A stretch of DNA of 64,000 nt. It comes from Takakia lepidozioides. Taxonomy: Eukaryota; Plantae; Bryophyta. This document shows, one piece after another, positions 57,201-64,000 of the stretch; the stretch's first letter is position 1, and each line of letters begins with the position of its first letter. The translations under genes were made by a program, and so were the position numbers. The notes beneath the pieces are model-generated. The model was not told the origin of the DNA and did not search any database. It was given only the letters and a program-made list of their open reading frames with translations. The stretch lies in assembly GCA_030704615.1 (NCBI GenBank), contig CM060731.1, forward strand, positions 1,736,001 through 1,800,000, given 5' to 3'.

Positions 57201-60200
57201 GTCAAGTTATAAATTTAAGAGCAAAACAATACTCACATGTTGTCATGTTTCACATGGCATCCTTCTACTGGGCAGAAACAACATGAGGGCAAAGGATTAT
57301 TGCATCCTTTCTCCCGGGGTGAGTTGTAGGTGGGTGTACCTTATGGGACATGCCATATAAACCAACTGATTTCATATCAGTGGTTCACATTGACAGGCTG
57401 TCTGTGCCCAGTAGCCATTCATAGCAGTGTTTATATTAATAGGCAGCTTCAAGCCAGACATCTGTCAGGTTACAGTCTACCAGTGACTGCCAGATTGTAT
57501 TTTCCATGCACATTGTAATTGTATGTACCCAGTCAATTATTACATTGACTTGGGTGAATGGCACAGGTGAGGGCAGCTATTGTGACATGTGGTGGCTTGT
57601 GTCCAGGGCTCAATGATGTGATTCGTCAGGTAGAATACGCTCCAAAAATGTTCAGACACCCACATGGAACAGACTGCTGTGAGACGAGGATGAGCATGAG
57701 AAACAAAGAGACCGGAATTTAGATTTACTGGTCAAACAGATCTGTCAGGTTCTAGTGGTCCAGAAAATCATTACTTTGGGACTGCATGCTTGGATGAAGG
57801 CTTGATCATTATGGGAGGGTGTAGAAGAAATGACCATGATGGCCACTAGTATTTTCTGGAGAGAGATGGCCTCAATGTGACGGTCACAGTAGTGGGAAGT
57901 GTTACTCATCCACAAACTGCTGTAGTAAGTTCAAATTAAGCCCACACAGGGCTGTTACCAGGCTATTTCTGAGCAACACTAGAAGCAGGCTGAATCCTCA
58001 GCCAAAAAACTTCTCCTGAAACCCTTTAACCCTTTTACTTTGTATCTGGGTTGTAGGTATTATCATTTTGTAAGAGGGTTTGCTAGAATGCTTTGGTCAG
58101 CTGCCCTCAACCCTCTGATTTTGTCCACTGGTGAATCTCGTGCAGATTGTATTCTCATTGGATGTTTACGGAGTGAGGGACATACTTGGCATCCAGTACG
58201 GCTTCAAAGGCTTTGTCGATAAGAACTATCCACCTGTTATGGTTAGCACCCCACCATGGTTCACAGCCATTCTGGAGCACCATCTTTCCTCTGAGAATGT
58301 GCTACAACCAAATCCAGACCCTTAAGCTTTGTCTGAGCAAGATAACCTCCCAACCATGAATCCTCAATTGCAACTTGCCAAGGAGTACTCTAATCACTAT
58401 TACTAAGAACACTGCACATGGTGGGAACAGTTGACCCGCAAGATTGTGCAGCGCATAAACATGGTGGGGGGCAGCTTTTTGGGTGTTTCGCGAGGCTCCC
58501 CGCCTCTCAAGGATATTGTGGACAAACTTGAGGTCTGAAAACCTGCTTTTCTCTGTCTCTCAAGGGTAGTGATTGGAGGTTGTGATTAAAAACATCATTA
58601 AGGTATAAGATGCTGTTCTTCACGGGAGAATATAGACACTGGAGACTTTCATCTCGTGGGCAATATGTAGGCAAAGGGTGGAAGAGCATGGAACAGATGA
58701 GTCGTGTGGATGTTACAGAAGCTTTAAAGGTAGAACTGGTCTTGATTACAGGAATGGAGTATCAGCATGTTTTTTGTGATTGGTGGAAATGGGTCGCATG
58801 CTGGAGCTACTGCCATTTATGAGCATGTGAGTCAGCAATTTTGATCCATGTTTGTGAACATATGCTGACATTTCCTGTTCTACTAGTTGAATGACTTACT
58901 TGTTACAGTGTCAGTACTTGGGAGTAACTTATGTCAACAGTGCACCCAAGATAGTAAAGTCAGGGAGAAGCTGATAGGCTTTTTGGGACAGTTCAGTGAA
59001 GTCATGTCTGATGAGAGCAGAGCATGAGAATGCACTCATAAGACGTTGCCATACCCTTGTGGCCATAGACCCCGTGCCCAGTTTGGGTGGAACAAGAGGG
59101 AACATTCACTACCTTTGTGAGGGGCTCACTCCAGTAGTGGGATGTACCTTGGTATAAACAAGTGGTTTGGGCTTTCCAGATTAGATCCCAACAGGGCCAG
59201 GGCTTTAGGCTCATATGAGTATACCTGCACATTGTGTCAGAAAATGGATATTCTCCTCAGGCCGCCCATACATTGGGCATTGACAATCTCCCTTTCCTCC
59301 CTGCATCTGTTTATTGTTCAAAGGTAGACTCCCTACCCTGAGTTTCAATTTTAGTCTAATGCTGAGGGTGGGTAGGCCCTTCAGATCATCCTTAAGGTCC
59401 TCACCCATGTCACAAACTGGCAACAAGTTTGGGAAGTTTTATGCCTAACTTTGTTTTGTTCGGCCGTTATTTGTGCTTCCGACATGGCATTAGACACTTC
59501 AGCCTCCAAGTCAGCTTCATCTAGCAGGGTCAGTTCTTCCTGCCTAATTTTCAGGTACTTGAAAATCTCCACTACTTTTTTCCGCCAGGACTTGCCTGTT
59601 TAACAGGACGGTCTTACTTCCAAGAAATAGAGTCAACCATCTTGGGGTATCTGGTAATAGGGACTGACCCCACTATCTGACCTTGAACGCATCACATTGA
59701 GAGCTCAAGGGTGGTACGCAAAACTCCCCCGAACAGCCACGTTAGCTGTTCTAGAGCACGAACACCTGCTCTCTTTGAGCAGCGAAAGCTGTATGGATTC
59801 TTAAGTCTTAGCATTGTTGGAGTTGCCAACCAACACGGCAGATGCGTACTCCAAGGTAGGTAGGCCTAATCACGTTGTGAGCAGGGCAAGAGTCTGAGAG
59901 AGAGAGAAGAGACTCAAGTAAGTAGCAGAAAAGAAACAAAGAAGGAGAGAAACAGAACAGAGGAGCAGAGAGAAAGAAAGAAAGACATAAACTTGATGAT
60001 TCCACAGGGGGCCGTAACAGCCCACAGGACAAAGTAGCACAAAAAAGTAGAGATACTTTATCACAGAAGTCATTTTGTTGGATATGAGACAGTGTGAGAA
60101 ACGCAAGATGAAGATGGTGGTGGTGGGGATCCCCAAGACTATTGACAATGATATCGAAATTTTAGACAAGACATTTGGCTTTGACACAGCTGTTGAGGAG

Positions 60201-63200
60201 GCCCAGCGCGCAATCAATGCTGCCTACATCGAGGTCAGTGCTGACTCATAGAGGTTGAATGACAAGTTACATTTGCTAATGAGTGTCAAGCTTGGGGAGG
60301 TAGTGTCACTATCAGGCCCTGGCTATTGCATTATCTGTATATAATTTTGAGAGCATTCCACAGTGTACTTGTGTGTCTATTGTCTTTTAAGTAGTTGACT
60401 CTACTTAGGATCTTGTGATAGGTGATACCTGTAATTATGAAGTGCCTTGGAAATGTAGTGGGCCTGGTGGTCACTTTCTGTTAGGCTCTGCAAAGCAACC
60501 AAGTTGTTGTATCCTTTCATGGAGAGACGTTGCTGATTTTGGAAGTCACTAGGTTTACATGATTCATGTATCGAGGCCTTAGAACTTTCCTGGAGGAGAG
60601 ACTCTCAGGGAATGGACAGCACCAGGGCTCCTTGTGCAGCTCTGAGTAGACATCTGAAAGTTCAACCTATGTACGTCAGATTACGAAACTTTGCACAATC
60701 TGGTTGGCTTGGTATGGATCCTGAGGGGGATGAAGCATATTTCCACAGGAGTTGCTTCACTCCAGTCAAGTTGTGTTGTAAGCAAGAAGGGCATTGAAAA
60801 TTCTGAGAAGAAGTGTGTGCATGCTGTGTGTCTCTATATTATTCCTGAAAATATCAAATTTAAGTGTGCTCTTTCTCTACTTTCTTCTAACCTTTGCCCA
60901 ATTCGTTTCATCTTGAATTTCAGGCGAGCAGTGCCTTCAACGGGGTGGGGATAGTGAAGCTGATGGGTCGGCAGAGTGGGTATATTACCATGCATGCTAC
61001 GCTTGCAAGTGGCCAAGTAGACATTGTGCTCATTCCAGAGGTATTTTTGTTGTTCTGTCTATCAGTTTTCTCTCTCTTTCCTGCAACCGGTACTCAGGGC
61101 CTCCAATAGATGTATAAATTTCATTCTTCCTCTCTCTTTCTTCCCCTGCGGATGACTTCGCAGGCATAGGGGAGACTCCAACCAATCTCCAGGAGTTGAT
61201 TGATTGCGCGAAGAGATACTTTGATCTTTGGGGGCTAGAGGCTAATGTCAGCAAATGTGCAGTGGTAGCATTCAACAACAGAGGAGAGGGAGGAAGTGAT
61301 CTTAAGTGGTAGTGGGGTAGCCAAGAGATCCCGGTCCTCCCTTCCTACACTTACCTGGGCGTTGAGTTTTCCTCCAATTGTAATTGGGATGCACATATCC
61401 GGAAAGTTGTTCAAACTGGCAAGGGCAAAGCTCTGGGGCTCACTAAATTTTCCACTGCAGAGGGGTCAACTCTGAGGTTAAGAAAACCATGCTTTGTCGC
61501 GTTATTAGACCTGCCTTGGAGTACGGATCTGCAATATGGGTTGATAACTCCAACCAGGCTAAGTCTCTAGAATCCATTCAAGTGGGGGTGCTTAAGGAGT
61601 GTATGTCAGCATGCTCCAAAACAGCCAATGTGGCTGTTCGGGGTGAGTTTGGCATTCCGTCCTTAAGCTCCCGACGAGATGAATTCAAGGTCAGATGGTG
61701 GGTTCAGCTGCAACATATGTCCAACACCAGATATTTTAAGTTAATCGACTCTATATTTTGGAAACAGGACCGCCCTGTCAAACAGGCTAAGTCCTGGCAG
61801 AAGAGAGTAGAAGAGATTCTCAAGGACCTGGACCTGGATCCGCAAGTCTTGACCCTGCTGGATAAATCTGACTTAGAGGCTGTAGTGTCCAAAGCCATGT
61901 CTGTTGCCATGAGATTGTCTGATGAAAATGAAGTTAGGCAGAAAACTTCCCTGAACTTGTTTCCAGTCAGTGACATGGGGGAGGACATCTTGGATGACCT
62001 CAAGGGTCTACCCACTCTCGGCACTAGACTGAAATTTAAACTCAGGGCAGGAAGCCTACCTTTGAACAGCAAACAGAAGCAGAGAGGAAAGGGAGAGTGC
62101 AATTGCCCGTTGTGTGGGCAATCTGAAGACAGTATTCATTTTCTGATACAGTGTCCGGGGTTCTCTCACCAAAGAGACGCTCTCTTCAAATCTATCAAGG
62201 GAATTGTGCCTGTACCCCTGTTTACCAACTTTGAAAGTCTCGAGGCTGAGCCAAAAGCCCAGGCCCTCCTGAGGCCTAGTTTTTGGGCAAATCACACACA
62301 GCAGATTGATGCTTGTGTGAAGGGATTTCTAGAGGATATCTGGAAAACCCGGATTAATTCTATATATGAAGGTAAGTCTTACTACGAACGTCAGCCCCTG
62401 ACAGAGGTAGGTTCTGTCCCTTTTGTTCCCGCTCAAACTGGGCGCGGGGTCAATGGCCACAAGGCTACGGCAAACAACGTCTTATGAGTACAATCTTTCT
62501 TCCCCTATCAGGCTCTCCACCTTAGAGAATCTCTTGATGTTGAGTAGTCGTTTTTGGGCTGCTTGCTGAGGGCCCCACGTCTTTCTTGTATGCTTCTCTC
62601 TCTTATCCCAGAAGTTCTTTGAGCTTTCCATGGATGTTATAAAGGTTTTATGGTTTCTTTCTTTCTTCCCATAGGCCCGTTGGGCTTTAAGTGGACAGTG
62701 TGTGTGCTTAAGATCACTATCCACGAGTATGCATCGTAGCACCAAGCTTGAAATCTGCTGGACCTGCATCCTGCTCTATGAATCACGCACCTTGATTTAT
62801 CTGGCATTTACAGTCAGCTCTCTTGTACTGAAGAAGTCTTCTAGTGGCCGCAACTGCTCACTAAAAGTCTTGGTCCTGGGGAGGCTGGTCTTACGCGTTT
62901 GAGCTGTCACTACCTTTCCCAGTTGTTGGTGCCTTAGTGACAAAAGCTAATGTCATAACTTGGCTACTGTCTCCAGTTAATAGACTTGGTAATGTAGTGA
63001 TTACATGGTCGTTGTATGGTGTGACTGTCTGCAATTCGATTGTTACAGCTGTAGAAATGAAGGTCAGCCAAGAGCACCAAGGCCTCAAGAGCAAATCTTC
63101 AAAAGTTTTATATCCAATCCAGGAACGAAGAAAGTTTTTGAGTTGAACCAGCTGTAGGCAACCTCTACAAACTGGCTTGTACCGGGAAAACATTGAGTGG

Positions 63201-63749
63201 GGTGCAGGTGAATTTTGTGATGGATGGGAAGTACGGAGTTTTGGAGTACATGAAAAGAAGAATAACTAAGAACGGAATCTGTGTTGTGGTCATTGCGGAG
63301 GGGGCTGGCCAGGTCAGCCTATTGCATCTGTCTTGCTTAGGGAAATCTTGTGTCTGAGCAGTATTTGGGAAGGTACATGTGGGCCCAGTGTCATCTCTGC
63401 TCTTCGAGATTCTGTTTGTAGGTTACTCTGGAGACATCCTGGTGACTCGGGTAGTCCTAGTTACTGGAGTAGCCTAGGTGTACAATTGCATTCAGTGCCC
63501 TCTTTTCTACAAACAATTCAACATCTTGTACGGCTTGAGGCTCAAATCCTTTAACAACGCCTAGATGACCTCAAGGTGTACTATCCTCTGAGGCCCATGA
63601 TAACACTGGTCCTGCCTTCAGTGGAGCACTATTGGGAGAAATAATTCTATAGATCATTTGGATTGCAGGACCTTTTGGAAGGAGTTGGGGGCAAAGATGC
63701 TTCTGGAAATCCAATTCTTGGTGATCTTGGCAAGTGGTTCACCAGCAAG
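54049..63749 (+). CDS. PFK: ATP-dependent 6-phosphofructokinase, PFK5-like (3' end beyond the window)
   Basis: Exons 54049-54233, 55535-55628, 56593-56669, 56988-57036, 57567-57629, 58146-58241, 58431-58532, 58752-58826, 60093-60233, 60924-61040, 63208-63312, 63669-63749. Motifs [62 protein letters not shown]. Confidence 0.92.
54235..54267 (+). repeat. (CT)n microsatellite at the start of PFK intron 1
   Basis: About 16 CT units directly after the donor GT. Confidence 0.95.
59029..59878 (-). mobile_element. Older 5'-truncated LINE copy in a PFK intron
   Basis: Homologous to about 61495-62493 ([21 protein letters not shown]). Degenerate TSD gagcagagcatgag (59015-59028) / gagcagggcaagag (59879-59892). 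Confidence 0.85.
61148..62493 (+). mobile_element. 5'-truncated LINE (RT C-terminal half plus CCHC finger) in a PFK intron, 13-bp TSD
   Basis: Starts at ADDFAG (RT catalytic motif), then [50 protein letters not shown] tctttcttcccct at 61135-61147 and 62494-62506. Confidence 0.95.
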
Positions 63750-64000
63750 GTTACTTCTTTAGTACCCACGGATTACTAAAAATATCACTATGAGGAACAA
63801 GTCTGTCCTAGTCTTCTTGTCTTTTGAGATTCTTTAATGCATGGAAAATCTAAAGAGATACTGTATGTGGCTCCTTGATGCCTACATTTGTGTTTCCTTG
63901 GAATTGCAAATTATAATTACTAAACGCTCTGATTAGTGGTTGTGATCTCTCACAAAGAACGCCGGGAATCAGCAGGGGTAATCATGCCTTCATACCTCTC

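Overview
Eukaryotic, intron-containing plant nuclear DNA. The moss-type PLS-PPR motifs and gene families suggest a non-seed land plant (inference). The window has two halves. (1) About 1-35.5 kb is a nest of decayed transposons: a Ty3/gypsy gag, Sola2-like DDD transposase pieces, two CACTA (En/Spm) elements, a MULE/SWIM element and LINE fragments. (2) About 36-64 kb is gene-dense: a PLS-PPR pseudogene with a truncated DYW domain, COQ6, a BAHD acyltransferase, a CRT-like transporter, a GDSL lipase pseudogene and a PFK5-type phosphofructokinase with two intronic LINE copies. The most unusual signal is regulatory cargo inside the DNA transposons. One CACTA carries a SET-domain exon that appears to share exon 1 with the transposase through alternative splicing, and a divergent Myb/SANT-like gene lies next to it. 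The other CACTA has an FCP1-like HAD phosphatase domain inside its TnpA-like ORF. The MULE is saturated with a CAGACC motif, reminiscent of VANDAL/VANC anti-silencing systems. Also notable are a tail-less LINE family that primes at TCT targets and a 361-bp hairpin element bounded by direct repeats (Crypton- or Replitron-like). All domain calls were made by eye from motifs; no database searches were run.
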